From: Felis catus
Taxonomy: Eukaryota
DNA length: 64,000 nucleotides
Reading direction: 5' to 3'
Assembly: GCF_018350175.1 (NCBI RefSeq)
Contig: NC_058370.1
Coordinates: 137,206,001 to 137,270,000, forward strand
The first letter of the stretch is position 1. Every line of letters begins with the position of its first letter. Shown here in pieces: positions 12,927 through 25,007 of this stretch. Below the pieces are notes generated by a model that saw only the letters and a list, made by a program, of their open reading frames with translations, was not told where the DNA came from and searched no databases. Made by a program: the position numbers and the translations under genes.

Positions 12927-14065
12927 CTTTATTCATTTATGTGTTTAGATGGCAGTCCACAAGAGTTTGGGGAATAGGTGCACAGCGTGTTGGCGTTCTC
13001 CGCCAGCGAGTGTCAGAGTCCCCCCGCGGGCAGCGGGCGCCCAGGGAGCACCGTCTTGCACGAAACACGGTGCAGCAGCAGCATAAGGCCTCTCCAGCAA
13101 GAAGAGGGTAGGGACGGGGCAAGGCATGCAAACCAGGGCTTATGGATTCCAGGGAAGAAAGGAGGGCTTTTCCAATCTCACGGAATTTGGTGGCTCAGAG
13201 GCCACGCTGCTGTTGGGACTCAAAGGGGAGCACACAGATCCCTTCTAGAGCAGTTTCAGGAGGCCACCCCCATTTGTTCATTGGACTATTGTTATTTCCA
13301 ACAAAAACACGTGATTAAATAGTCTATGTGGACAGTTTGATCTCCTGCTGGTCTCTTTGTCAATAAAAAAAGACAAAAGCAGTTAAAAATGGGTCGGTGA
13401 ACGTTCTTCCCCGGCCACCCTACTGAACTGGCAGCAAACTCCACACACACTGCCCGTTCCTGGGTTGGGCGACATCCCAGGAGGGGCAGGTGGAAAGGCC
13501 CTGGGGTGGATCCGTGTCCCCGTGGCTCTTCTGCTCCTGGCCACGCAGGTGCAGCGGTCCCGTGGACAGAGGAAGGAAGCAGCCCTGCCCCCAGCTGCTG
13601 CATCAAAAAAGCTCCCTTGGATCCTGAAATGTGTAAATACCAGGAAATAAAACCTGCTTTGACATTTAACTAACATCGTGTCAGTCTTACAGCTAAGTCA
13701 AGATCACCTGAAGTTTTTACTTTACACATTTCCAGGACTTTTCTTCAAAGAGCTGCTTTGTTCCTGAAGGCCACTGATACTCATGGCTAAAAATTTTTTC
13801 CTCACGCCTCTTCTATTTCCTTCGACTAGAAACATGCCCGGGGGTTAATTTTCTTCCAGAAAGCCATGACTAATCACGCATCAGCAATCACTACCACTGA
13901 TAAGGTAATAATCGATAAACTCATTGAGTACCTACCCTGTTCCCTGTCAGTCCCGTGCCTTCCCGCACACCTGTCCACCCCTGGCTCCTGAGATTGGTTA
14001 TAACTACATAGTTGCTGCTTGAACACAGGTACTGCAATAAAGACGTGATGAAGGGAAGCCGAATG

Positions 14066-14134
14066 GAGGAGGGAGGGGAGGGAGGAGAAGGAGGAAGGGG
14101 GAGGAGGAGGAGGTGGAGGAGGAGGACAGAGGAG
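14066..14134. repeat. (GGA)n-like purine-rich low-complexity tract
   Basis: directly visible. Confidence 0.85.
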
Positions 14135-14149
14135 CTAAAGTATCGGGTG

Positions 14150-14620
14150 CCTGGAGTCCTCTAGGTGCAGGACGATGGCGCCTTGACTGGAGCGGCAGTC
14201 GGGATAGCGGTCATAAATTATTCGACATCTGGAAGTCAAGGTCAGTAGGATTCCCAGATGGGTGGCCATGCGTCATGTGAGAGAGTGATTTGTATTAAAC
14301 CTGAAAAGAAGTGTGAATCAGAATAGTCCTCATGGGAGAAAAATGAAGAGAAGACAAACAAGAGAAGCCGAGAGGAGAGATGTTTCCGGAAGGAAAGGAC
14401 ACATTGCTTCCAGGGGTGTCCAATGAATCCAGTGGGATGAGAGCAAGTTACCCGCGTGACTCAGTAGGGCCAAAGTCGCCGTGGGGAGGACCGAGTGACA
14501 GTTGGGGAGGAGCAGGTGCTGAAACACGGAGGTAAAGTCATGAATAAACATGCAGGGCATTAATTGGCACAAAGGCTGAGCGGGCGAATGGGAAGATGTT
14601 GGAAGAGACTGGAAGAGCCC
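14150..14620 (-). mobile_element. degenerate L2 fragment
   Basis: purine-rich antisense L2-like motifs. Confidence 0.4.
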
Positions 14621-16259
14621 CAGAGCCAGGACAGGACTGACCCTGAGAAGGGAGGGGGGGAGGGCAGGGCGAAGGCTCAGGCTGCAATGCACTTCTAAGG
14701 ACGTTCAGCCAGGCCCGCAGGGAGCCCTGGAGCCAAAGAGTCCTGCAACTCCCAGGGACAGCCAGCCTCCTGGTCCCTGCCAGGCTCTGTCCTGGCTGGG
14801 AGCGGCCTGCGGCACGCAGCCGGGGCCAAGGCCAGCAAGGCTCCGTCCAGTCCAGGAGCCCGAAGCTGTCTTCTCCCGGTCACTGCGAAGATGAAGCACC
14901 TTGTGCAAGGTCATATCATCACCTCGAGGCGCCTGCTGATTCCCCGAAGAGTCCCAATACTTTACACATACCGTATCATAGTTCTGCACGCCTTGGCTTG
15001 CGATGGGGCAAGAAAAGCACAGTCTTACCATTTGGATGGAAAAACTGAAATATTGCTGAGTGGCACGAATGGCCATCGCCGATCTTAGAGGATAGAGAAT
15101 CCACTGTGCAGTTTTAGAGCCTAAAATAAAAGGTTTAACCAAAATGTGTAGGTTTAAAAATTGCAACAAATTAGGAATTTTTATCCTCGGTAAAAACAAA
15201 GCCACTATTGTCTAGTTTTTAGCCCAGAACTTTAAAATAACATATCCCAATTTTGCTACGATTATGTAAAGTCTGCATGCCCAATAGGATATTGGGCATG
15301 GTTTTGGGGAAATAATTTTACCGTGCAGGGAGGGGGAACTTATGAATGCATCCAGAGACCCGTGTTTTCCCATGTAGAATGATCTTTTTTAGGGTACTGA
15401 TATTAGAGCAAACTAGAGTCGTCTACCAATGGGGGCCTTGGTAGGGAAGACATTTTTTTTTCCATGACACTTCAACAAACGCAGGTGGTGGCTGCCGTGA
15501 CTATAGATGTGTTTCCAGAACATTGACCAGACACCAAAATGACTTTTAAATTTGTGTGCAGTCCCACAGCGGATGAACAACTCGGGTCAATAGTAAAGGA
15601 AGAGAGCAGGAAGGCAACTGCATCCTATTTTGCAGGTCAGCTCCAGACGATGCAATCCAGCCTTCTGCCATTTAATGGTGGGGCAGCGGCAGCCCAGGCC
15701 ACAGCATCGGGTCCCGCCACACTCTTCTTCCCCAGACTGAGCTGATGAGCTTGCCCCGCCGCTGAATGGCGTTGTTTTATTATATAGGAGCAGCCAGATA
15801 GGGCCCGTTTTTCACACATAGGAACAAAGAACATAGTTGTAACAGACAACACTTGGGACAATAGTGATCCTGGGAGCCTATCACTTCCTACGACAGGTTC
15901 GAGAGTGAATTGTTTATTTCTTCCTGGTTTTCCATGTGGGGCCGGTCCCTCTCTGTTGGGTGAGACTAGAGGCACGTGGCTTTGGTAGGAACGAGCTTTG
16001 TTTTCATCATCACAAAGGAAACCCAGACTCACCAGCGGGGCCAGTGCTGGGTGTTTTGGAGCCCCATTTGCATACTGGAGTTACAGGGACCTCAGACAAG
16101 CCATAATGAATGGATGGTTCACTCTGGCAATCTGTGAAAAAAAAAATGTCTTTGGTTTCATACAGTTTTTTTTTTCTTTAATTGGACAGAATGTTCATAA
16201 ATGAATTACTGTTCATACTCAACTGTAGGTTTTTCAAACTTGGACAGGATTTCTTGGGG

Positions 16260-17150
16260 AAACTGGTTTAATTAATTAAGAAGGGATGGGTTGCTTGGGC
16301 TGTTTGAAACAAATATTAATTTATAAAGACTCACGTGTCCCCAGCTGGGCTGTCAAAGCACTGGCTCAGAAAGTATAAAATTAACATATGTAATTTCTTA
16401 ATTCTCACAAGGAGGGAAAAAAGGACAGCTATGGAGTCCGCTCTAACTACCTACACGGAAATATTGAAATTCATCTTATTTTCACCCCGAGCTTACACGT
16501 TTCACTCGACACGGATACCACGGGGACCATGCATATACGAGATCTGATTACAAGTAGAAAAGTCCATCCAGATTGGTGTTTTTTGTTTGGTTTTTTGGGT
16601 TTTTTTTTTGGTCTCATAAAAGGGAGACAGATTATTTAAAGCAATTAAACCATGCTGATTAAAAGTAGATGTCAGTTGCTAATACGTGGAATATTTCCAA
16701 GGCCAGTCTGTTTCGAGAAGGACCAGGTTCTCTGCGGCCCCAGCTCCTTTTTTAAATGGATGACATCATAGCAGAAACAAGATGGCTGTTGAATTAAAAA
16801 GACCGTGAGGCATGTGGCTCCGTGGCTGGCAATCTGTCGCATTTTTATGGATGCAGGAGCTGGGCTGAGTTTATCTTTGTGTTTCTCCTGCACAGGTGGT
16901 CGGCTGCTGTGTTTAAAGGCACCGCTGAGCCTGCGTCTACCCCACCAGGCAGGGGCCTTCCACCTCTCAGATGTGGAGAGCGGTCTCCGGGCGCGGCCGG
17001 GCTTCGGCCCCCCGTTCTGGAACATTGGCTTTTGTCTCTCTCCTCACTGAGCATTTCACCGCAGCTGTCAGATGGCTCTGTATTTTAAATTCCGCTGCCT
17101 GTCAATCATGGGCAAATTCAGAGACGGAGCTCCACCATAAAACCAGGAGC
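16260..17150. promoter_or_regulatory. candidate developmental enhancer with PBX-MEIS/PREP and posterior HOX/CDX motifs
   Basis: CTGTCAATCA 17099-17108, CCATAAAA 17135-17142, TTTTATGG 16843-16850, CTGTCA 17065-17070, TTAATTAATTAA near 16268; no recognisable TE. Confidence 0.45.
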
Positions 17151-17847
17151 CTGGGAGCGGGGAGGCGTGCGTTTTGCAGAGGGCGCCGGGCCACTGTGGC
17201 TTGCTGTTGATTTCCCCAACGTGGACGGTTCTCTCTGTCTTAAAGTGTGTCTTAAAGAGTCGGTGTGGTGTGAAACCAAAGGGTGGGAATGACAAGAATT
17301 GAAGGAAGAGAGCGGAATCTGTGAGGCGGAACTAGTCCCGATTCCCTAAAGAGCGAAGGGCCCCGTTTCCCCAAGGTTGTGCAGGGTGGCCCCGGCCTCT
17401 TCATCGCCCGCGTGGAGCCCAAAGGTTTGGAGTCCGCATCTAAGGTGGAAGGAAGTTCTTTCATGTGCGAGTCGTTTGGAAAGGGGCTGTCCTTCCCATC
17501 AGTCTTGCCTGTGTCCTCTTGCCGGCCACTTGTTGAGGTGCTTTGGGGATACGTGTGCTGGTAGGGAGGACTGGGGAGGGCAAGGACAGTGGGTTTTTGG
17601 GGAGCTGTCCCTTAGAGCCAGGCGTCCGCCACAGGATGCTTGGAACCTCACGTGCCTTCGGCCGCGGCAACAACCCGGACAGTGGAAATTCTCAGATCTC
17701 TCGAATCTCAACTAGATGTGTCCCTCCTCCACTGCAATGACGTAAAAACATGTTCTCACTGCATTATTTTGAATAATATTTTGAGAGTTGTTTTATGGGC
17801 TCCCCTTTTCTTTGCCCAGGACCCGTTATTGTGTATTAATATGAACT

Positions 17848-17977
17848 GGGACACCTGGGTGGCTCAGTTGGTTAAGTGTCCAACTCTTGATTTTGGCCCA
17901 GGTCATGATCTCATGGTTTCGTGAGTTCGAGCCCCACGTTGTCTCCGAGATGACTCTCCGGAGCAAGCCTGCTTGGG

Positions 17978-18021
<44 letters not shown>

Positions 18022-18081
18022 CTGCCCCTCCCAGCTCACACTCTCTCTGTCTCTCTGAAAATAAATTAATTAAAAAAATTG
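17848..18081 (+). mobile_element. CAN-SINE with long (CT)n
   Basis: SINEC structure; TSD ttaatatgaactg / ttaatgtgaactg. Confidence 0.93.
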
Positions 18082-18308
18082 TTAATGTGAACTGATCTTC
18101 CAATGCAGTGATCTATCTCAGTATCAAGTAGCATTCCAATTGTATAACATTCTTTTACTAAAAAAAAAATTTAAAAAAAGGAAAAGGAGAAGAAAAAAAA
18201 GAAAAGGAAGACAAAAAATATATTAGGAATAAACTTTATGTAACCTGCATGACGGAGCTGAGTAAGATTAATACAGAAACATCAGTACAGAAACAGATTT
18301 GTTTTTTT

Positions 18309-18523
18309 AATTTTTTTTTTCAACGTTTATTTATTTTTGGGACAGAGAGAGACAGAGCATGAACGGGGGAGGGGCAGAGAGAGAGGGAGACACAGAATCG
18401 GAAACAGGCTCCAGGCTCCGAGCCATCAGCCCAGAGCCCGCCGCGGGGCTCGAACTCACGGACCGCGAGATCGTGACCTGGCTGAAGTCGGACGCTTAAC
18501 CGACTGCGCCACCCAGGCGCCCC
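18309..18523 (-). mobile_element. young SINEC_Fc
   Basis: young diagnostic motifs; TSD cagatttgttttttt. Confidence 0.95.
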
Positions 18524-19257
18524 CAGATTTGTTTTTTTTAAATAAAATCGATTCTGTGTCTTTTATAAAGATAAATATAGGAAACACAAGAAATAATTTT
18601 TGAACTGTGTATGATGCTGCAAACACAGAAGCCACAGACGGCAGCATGTATTTCCTAGGAGAAATCCATAGTTCGGTTCGTACTGGTGTCTTTGTGCAGC
18701 TGACACATGTTTTCACAGGGAGCGCTATGAAACACACAAACTAGTTTTCACGTCTGCCGTCAGTGCACGCACGGGCCCGTCTCACCGCATTAAGTTGCAT
18801 CACGGACCCATGGGAGTGCGCGAGACTACCAGTGTCCTTTCTGACTCCTTTTATGACTGAGCATTTGTTCCACCTGGCTCTTTGGAATCATCTGTTCATA
18901 GGCTTTGCCCACTCACTGAGACTTTTGTGGCTTTAATTTTATATAAAACATCATGTTTACATAAATTCAATTTTTAAGCAATTTTGTCTTTCTTATTTCT
19001 CCCATAGCTTGCAAGCTTAGACAAGAGGTGGCATTCTACTAAAGGTCTTCTGACGAAAGTCATTGCCAGACTCCTCAGCCACCCTACACATGCCCACATC
19101 AGTCCCTTCTAGATCAGGGCCCCAATCCATGCTGCAAGGGTCCGGGTGACCTCAGGGAACTGTCTCTGGACTCCTCTTTATGTTCTGACCCCTGATGATC
19201 CTCCCCCCCCACACACACACACACATCCAACTATTGACTTGGCCTGACCTCGTGTCT

Positions 19258-19424
19258 TCACACCCTGTGCATCCCTCTGTCCGACCTGTCCAGAGTCAGG
19301 ACAGTTTTCACGTTCCCAGTCTGTCCCTGTGGAAGGGAAGGTAGGGCAAGGTGATGTCGTAGGTCTCAAGACAGGTGTTTTATCATCTTTCAAGGTCTTT
19401 TCTGGGAAACACACTCTTACCTGA
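19258..19424 (-). repeat. inverted repeat arm A (pairs with 22336-22506)
   Basis: hand alignment of reverse complement to arm B: about 19 mismatches plus one 4-nt indel. Confidence 0.95.
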
Positions 19425-19457
19425 CATAGGAAAAAGACTTGGCAACTTTTAACTTTC

Positions 19458-19702
19458 TTTCTTAATGTTAAATTCCTTTTTTACAATTCTTTTCATGTTT
19501 CGTTATTTTTGAGACAGAGAGAGAGACAGACAGAGAGCAAACAGGGGAGGGGCAGAGAGAGAGGGAGACACAGAATCCAAAGCAGGGTCCAGGCTCTGAG
19601 CAGTCAGCACAGAGCCCGACGCGGGGCTCGAATCCACAAACCGTGAGATCATGACCTGAGCCGAAGTCGGACACTTAACCGTCTGAGACACCCAGGCACC
19701 CC
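19458..19702 (-). mobile_element. CAN-SINE
   Basis: reverse SINEC; short TSD ttaactttc. Confidence 0.93.
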
Positions 19703-19921
19703 TTAACTTTCAATGAACTTATAGAGCTATAATATTTTACAGTTTAAAACTCCAAAGTGTGCCAACTAATGGATTTTCTTTTTCTTTTCTTTTTTTATGC
19801 AAAGATTATACCAATCAGGTTTTTTTTTCAGTCTTGATGAGGGAGTTAAAACAGAGGTATCCAGTGCATTGTCCAGGGTCTGCTAGTTAAGGGGTCGGCA
19901 GTTTGGGATTGAGGGTGGGGG

Positions 19922-19939
19922 GAGCGACACCTCGTGGCG
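19922..19939 (-). promoter_or_regulatory. CTCF core-like motif
   Basis: minus strand CGCCACGAGGTGTCGCTC resembles CCACNAGGTGGCGC core. Confidence 0.5.
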
Positions 19940-22335
19940 TTCAGTGTTCTTCTGATTATACTTTACATTAGCCTTGCCTTTGGTCACGCCCAGGTTGGCT
20001 TTGACTGTATGGAATCCTGGACAATCAGAGGAAAGTCAATCCATCAGTATCTTTATGCATCTGCGAACAACAGAGACTTCTCTGAATCATAATGAATGAA
20101 CGCTGAACTGCAAATATTGAAGCTGGAATACAATGCAGAAGAACTCTGATCACACTTGAATGGAAATGATTTCTTCCTGTGAGGTGGTCACCAGTTTAAT
20201 TTCTTTCATAAGCATTTATACTCCTCAGAGAAGAAGCATGGACAGAAGGAAAAAGAGGAAGACGAGGGGCACCCCATTAAAAAAATTACCTCTAAGAAGT
20301 TCTTCTAAGGTACAGTCATTAGATAAAAGGAGGGGACAGTTAAGTGAATTTGGTAAGTTGACAAAAACCAAATTGTTCCAAACTTGCAACAGGAATCCCA
20401 CCCGTGGAAGCCGGGGACCGAATGCTGGTCCCCTGTTGGCAGAGGCCGATCCCACGATGGTTTGCCAGGGATGCTTCCAGAAACACATCACCGTTCCTCC
20501 ATTTCACAATATCCTCTGCCAGATTCTGTCCATGTTTAATGATCCAACTCCAAGATGTGCTTGTGTTATTCCATTCAAAGACCCTTTCCTCCTCTTTTCT
20601 TTCTCTCGTGCGGTTTCTCATGGACCGCTCTTTCTGGAAGTTTCTGATATTGTAGTGCTGGAGAAGCGACATCATCTATGCCCAAGGGAGCTTTCTGGTT
20701 TAGTAACAGCCCTTAGAAGAGCAAACACCTGCGTCAGTAAATAGTTGGCTTGCCCGTGAACAGGTGACCAGTGTGCTGCTGTCGTGAGGTAGCCAGGGAA
20801 GGTTACTCCGCCCCGTGTCCACTGCCTTCACTGCAGGTGTCCCTGTAAAGACGGTAGAATGGGTTATGTTTTTTCTCTGCGGAGTTTGTGGCTAAAGAGA
20901 CAGGATGGGACCTAAGGACAACCAGGAAACACGCTAGCAAACTACTCCACGATGCAAATCCCTCTCTTGTAAATGGCAGAGCCCGTCAGGTCTCTATTTT
21001 CTTTACCAAAACTTCAGGCCACAAAAAAGCGCCAAGGCGTCCTTTGGGCAATGAGGGCCAAGGCACTCGGTAGACCCTCAGGCCGGTACGCAAACCTGGT
21101 GACTACGAAGGGAGCGAGTGCTGGACGGAATAATGACGGCGGTGTCTCGGGCATCCGGGAACCCCTCTCTGCAGAGCCCCCTCTCTCCAAACGACTCAGA
21201 TCCAGACAGCTCAGTGTCTCTTACTTTTGTTCCTTTACTCTCTCATTCAGAAACTGATGACTGGAAGGGGAGCGAAATTAGCGTTTATAGGGCATTTTCC
21301 GGCATATTCTGTTTTGGCACAGCTCACATCTCTAAGCAACTCCGTTGCTCTGGGCACGTGTTGTTTCTGGGTTTTCAGGTGACAGCTGGGGGCTCCCAGA
21401 GTGTGAACACAGGACCCCGAGAGCCAGTCTGCAGACTCTGGAGCCCCCTTTCGAAACATCCTCCTGGGTCTCTCAAATACACCTGCTCAAGTTTTCACCC
21501 CCACCGGCCCTGACCATTGCCGCCCAGCCTCACTGAGCCTGTGGTTAGCAGAGAGGACGGTCAGGCTGGACCCCTGCCCTGGGCCCAGCCTGGATCTTGC
21601 CCCCACTGTCCAGCACGGCGCTGGTCACCTCGTCAACTGCCTCTGCTTGTATCTCGGCAAACCCGTCCGATAGCGATCTGGGGTGGCAAGGTCTTTTGCT
21701 GGTTTCAAACGATTGGTAACGAGGAGTAATGAGATTGTGTGATGAGAAAAGGCCCTCTTGAGATTCTGCTTTTAACTTCATTTTAAACTCCGTCTTTCAG
21801 GGAAAAGCAGAATTGCCATGGGGACTTTCCCGGTTGCTTCCCACTGTTTGTTTGAAATGAATGTTGATTGTTTCTCAGGCACCGAGGGGATCTTCATGCT
21901 GGGGGAGACTGGACTGCAGGTGAACTCTCGTCCAGCTTGGCGGCGTTGGCCATGTGCGCGCGGAAGGCCGGAAGATCCATTTTGCTTATTCTCCTGTCGG
22001 ATGCAGTGCTGGGGTGCGAGCGGGCAGGGTGGGGGTGACCGACAGAACCCTTCCCTGGGGCTTTGCCTGTGGGTGTCCCCTGTCTGTGACCACGTGTCTA
22101 CCCCCCCACTCCTTCCAGGAAGACACTCGGTGCCATTTTAGTGACTCACATCTTCCAGTTCTAGCTCCTTCCTCTTCCCTGCCCTGCACAGCCCGTCAGC
22201 TTTGGGTTTCTCCCAAAACTCCCCACCTTGACAAACTGCTCTAGGAGTCACTTCTTGAAAATGCAGGTTCCAGGCCCTCCATGCTAGATGTGCTCATTTC
22301 AGCTCCCTAGATATGAGGTGTCCCTGTGCCCTGTC

Positions 22336-22506
22336 TCAGCTAAGAGCGTGTTTCCCGGAAATGACCTTGAAAGGTGAGAAAACACCTGTCTTGAGACCGA
22401 CCACATCACCTTGCCCCACCTTCCTTTCCACAGGGACAGATTTGGAACATGAAAACTGCCCTGAGTCTGGCTGGGCAGGTCTGACAGAGGGACGCACGGG
22501 GTGTGA
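22336..22506 (+). repeat. inverted repeat arm B (pairs with 19258-19424)
   Basis: also seen as paralogous peptides KTPVLRPTTSPCPTF in ORFs 19178..19414(-) and 22313..22552(+). Confidence 0.95.
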
Positions 22507-23159
22507 TTTTATCTGCATCCTTCATTTAATACATGTCTTCAATTTATCTTAATCCAAGAGAGGGTATGATGTGCGATTTTAGGCTCCTCCGATTGATCAC
22601 CTACTGTTTCTTATTTTTCACATATTGGTATTCTTCCCTTGAAAGATGCTGTCTCCGGGGCAAAACGGACCCAGATGCACCGCTGAAAACGTTGGGTAAA
22701 TTCGGAATACTGAGACTGTTCTTACTTCCGAAACCCTTGATCAATCCAGAAGAAGGCAATGGATTTTATTAAGGCCCATTTCCCCCATCTTCCTGGTGGT
22801 GAGAAGGCAGCCTCCACAAGTTCCTGTAAATTAACACAATGGAGCCATGAAGACTGCTTTACATTTTCAATGAAGGCACTGATGCAAATGCCTTTAACCC
22901 GGATTATTCCCTGTTGTGGCTGTGAGGATCCCGGGACAGCCTCTCCTCTTCCTTAACATTGCAAGGCCTTCACGAAGGGCTCCTTGTTTACTGCCCCTGC
23001 CGTGTGTCCGCGAGAACGAAGACTTACCTTCTGCTGAGAGTTGTTTAGAACACGTCAGCCGTTCTGAGAGCTGTTTTGTTGTTTGTCGCCCTTCACCGGG
23101 CTTCTGAAAGCAGACCTGAGATCGGAGCCCTCTACCAGTACGGAAATCACTGGGACTCC

Positions 23160-23370
23160 TTTATTTATTTATTATTTATTTTGAGAGAGAGAATGTGCTG
23201 CATGTGCATGAGAGTGGGAGAGGGGCAGAGAGTGAGGGAGGGAGGGAGAGAGAGAGAACCCCAAGCGGGCTCCACACTCAGCACAGAGCCCACCTCGGGG
23301 CTGGATCTCACCGCCGTGAGATCATGACCTGAGCCAGACGCTTAACTGACGGAGCCACCCGGGGGGCCCC
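23160..23370 (-). mobile_element. CAN-SINE (older)
   Basis: reverse SINEC; diverged TSD gaaatcactgggactcct / gacatcacaggggctcct. Confidence 0.9.
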
Positions 23371-23694
23371 AGACATCACAGGGGCTCCTAGGCTGTCCGG
23401 CTCTGTCTTAGCACGTTCCACATAAAATAAATTGTTGTCTTAGGCGGTTTGCCTCAAGCCCGTGGCACCCACCCCCAATTCCGTTGGCACGTAGAAACAC
23501 GTGTGCTTCTGCGGGCCTCCGCGTCTGTAAAGACAAGTGTTCCACTGGCAGCACTGTGACATGGAGCAGGTAGGGAAAGACGTCTAATAAAAGTAATTCA
23601 GCTGGATTGCTCTCAACTGTTAGTAAGACTGACCGTTTGCCGAGAATTGATGATGACGTTCGAAACTCTTTTCAATCAGTTATCTCAAAGCAGC

Positions 23695-23800
23695 ATTCCT
23701 ATCCTTATCTTACCAGTGGGAGATTGAATCACAGGTTGAGGACTTGCCCAAGCCACACGAGTGGCCAGGTAGGGGACGCGTGACAGACAGTCTCCAGTTT
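23695..23800 (-). mobile_element. MIR core fragment
   Basis: gaggacttgcccaagccacac core-like motif. Confidence 0.55.
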
Positions 23801-23811
23801 CCACGTTCTGA

Positions 23812-23977
23812 GCCCCTTCTCAAGCCTGAGTGTCTCAGAATCACATGACGAGCTTGGACAACACAGATGTGGGACTCCGATCCTTCAACAGGCCTGGTTT
23901 GGGGCCTGAAAGATTGCATTCCTTATGGGTCCCCGGGTGATGTTGGTGCTGCACCAGGAAACACTTTGAGAACCACC
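23812..23977 (+). mobile_element. MER5A (hAT-Charlie MITE)
   Basis: ttctcaag...cagaatcac...ggggcctgaaagattgcatt...cactttgagaaccac. Confidence 0.75.
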
Positions 23978-24034
23978 TCTCTACCCTATATAGAGAGTAT
24001 ATACAGTATACCCTATATACTGCCTTTTTATACA

Positions 24035-24420
24035 GAGTTCCTGGAGTAAAATACCCATACGCTTACCATTTAACCGTTTTTAAGTGTAGAGTTCAGTGAC
24101 ATTAGACACATGCACCTGTCATGCAGCCGTCACCCCCTCTCCTGTTTCCCCAGATCTCTTCTCACCTTGCAAAACGGAAACTCTGCCCCCCTTTAACAAT
24201 CCTTCCCTGCCCCCCTGCCTGCCAGCCCCTGACATCCTCGACATTCTGTCTCTATGAATCTGGCTGCACTGGGGGCCCCACGTGTGTGGGCTCATCTAGG
24301 ATTTGTCCTCTTGTGTCTGGCCTGTCTCACTCAGCGTCACGTCTTCTTGTTTCATCTGTGTTGTAGCAGGTGTCCACATTCCCTCCCTAACGAGGTGGAA
24401 TCGTTCTCTCTCACGTGGAT
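24035..24420 (-). mobile_element. L1MB-like 3' end fragment
   Basis: ttaccatttaaccgtttttaagtgtagagttcagtg...ttctgtctctatgaat...tgtgtctggc...tcactcagc. Confidence 0.75.
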
Positions 24421-24807
24421 GGAATCCTACACGGCCACCCCACATGCAGCTGGTCTCTAGGCTCCCTTTCCACAGACAGCCCCTGGGACTACAGCCCTTC
24501 CCTCCAGGATTAGGATACCCCTTGCCGTCTTCAGGGGCAGAGGCCAGGCATCTGGGGCTGGGCCCTCCTTCTATGCTGTCCCTCCGCTGGGCCCTCCTTC
24601 ACCCCTACACACAGCCTCAGCCTGGCGTCTTCAGCCGTTCTGACCCAGGCCTTCACAATGGCACTCTGTTCCTGACTTCCTGAGGCAAGGGAATAGCACT
24701 GCTGGAAAGAACAGTCTTTTCCCCACTGGCTGCGATGGTATGTTGGTTCCAGAAATAGTGTCTGCAGGGACAGTGCGTTTTGATGTCTTCAGTAGTATTT
24801 TGAAATC

Positions 24808-25007
24808 TTTTTTTTCAACGTTTATTTATTTTTGAGAGAGGCTGTGTGGGAGAGGCAGAGAGATAGAGGGAGACACAGAATCCGAAGCAGGCTCCAGGCT
24901 CTGAGCTGTCAGCACACAGCCCGATGCGGGGCTCGAACCCACGAACCGCGAGATCATGACCTGAGCTGAAGTCGGCCGCTTAACCGACAGAGGCACCCAG
25001 GTGCCCC
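24808..25007 (-). mobile_element. CAN-SINE
   Basis: reverse SINEC consensus match. Confidence 0.93.

Noticed and set aside
20160-20744. 194-aa ORF (and overlapping antisense ORFs) inside the inverted repeat, considered as a retrogene or transposase
   Set aside because: No recognisable homology, no DDE-like motifs, no poly(A)/TSD; a BLASTP hit or positive PhyloCSF would be needed
19258-22506. Inverted repeats as TIRs of a DNA transposon
   Set aside because: No target-site duplication, termini fit no superfamily I know, no transposase remnant
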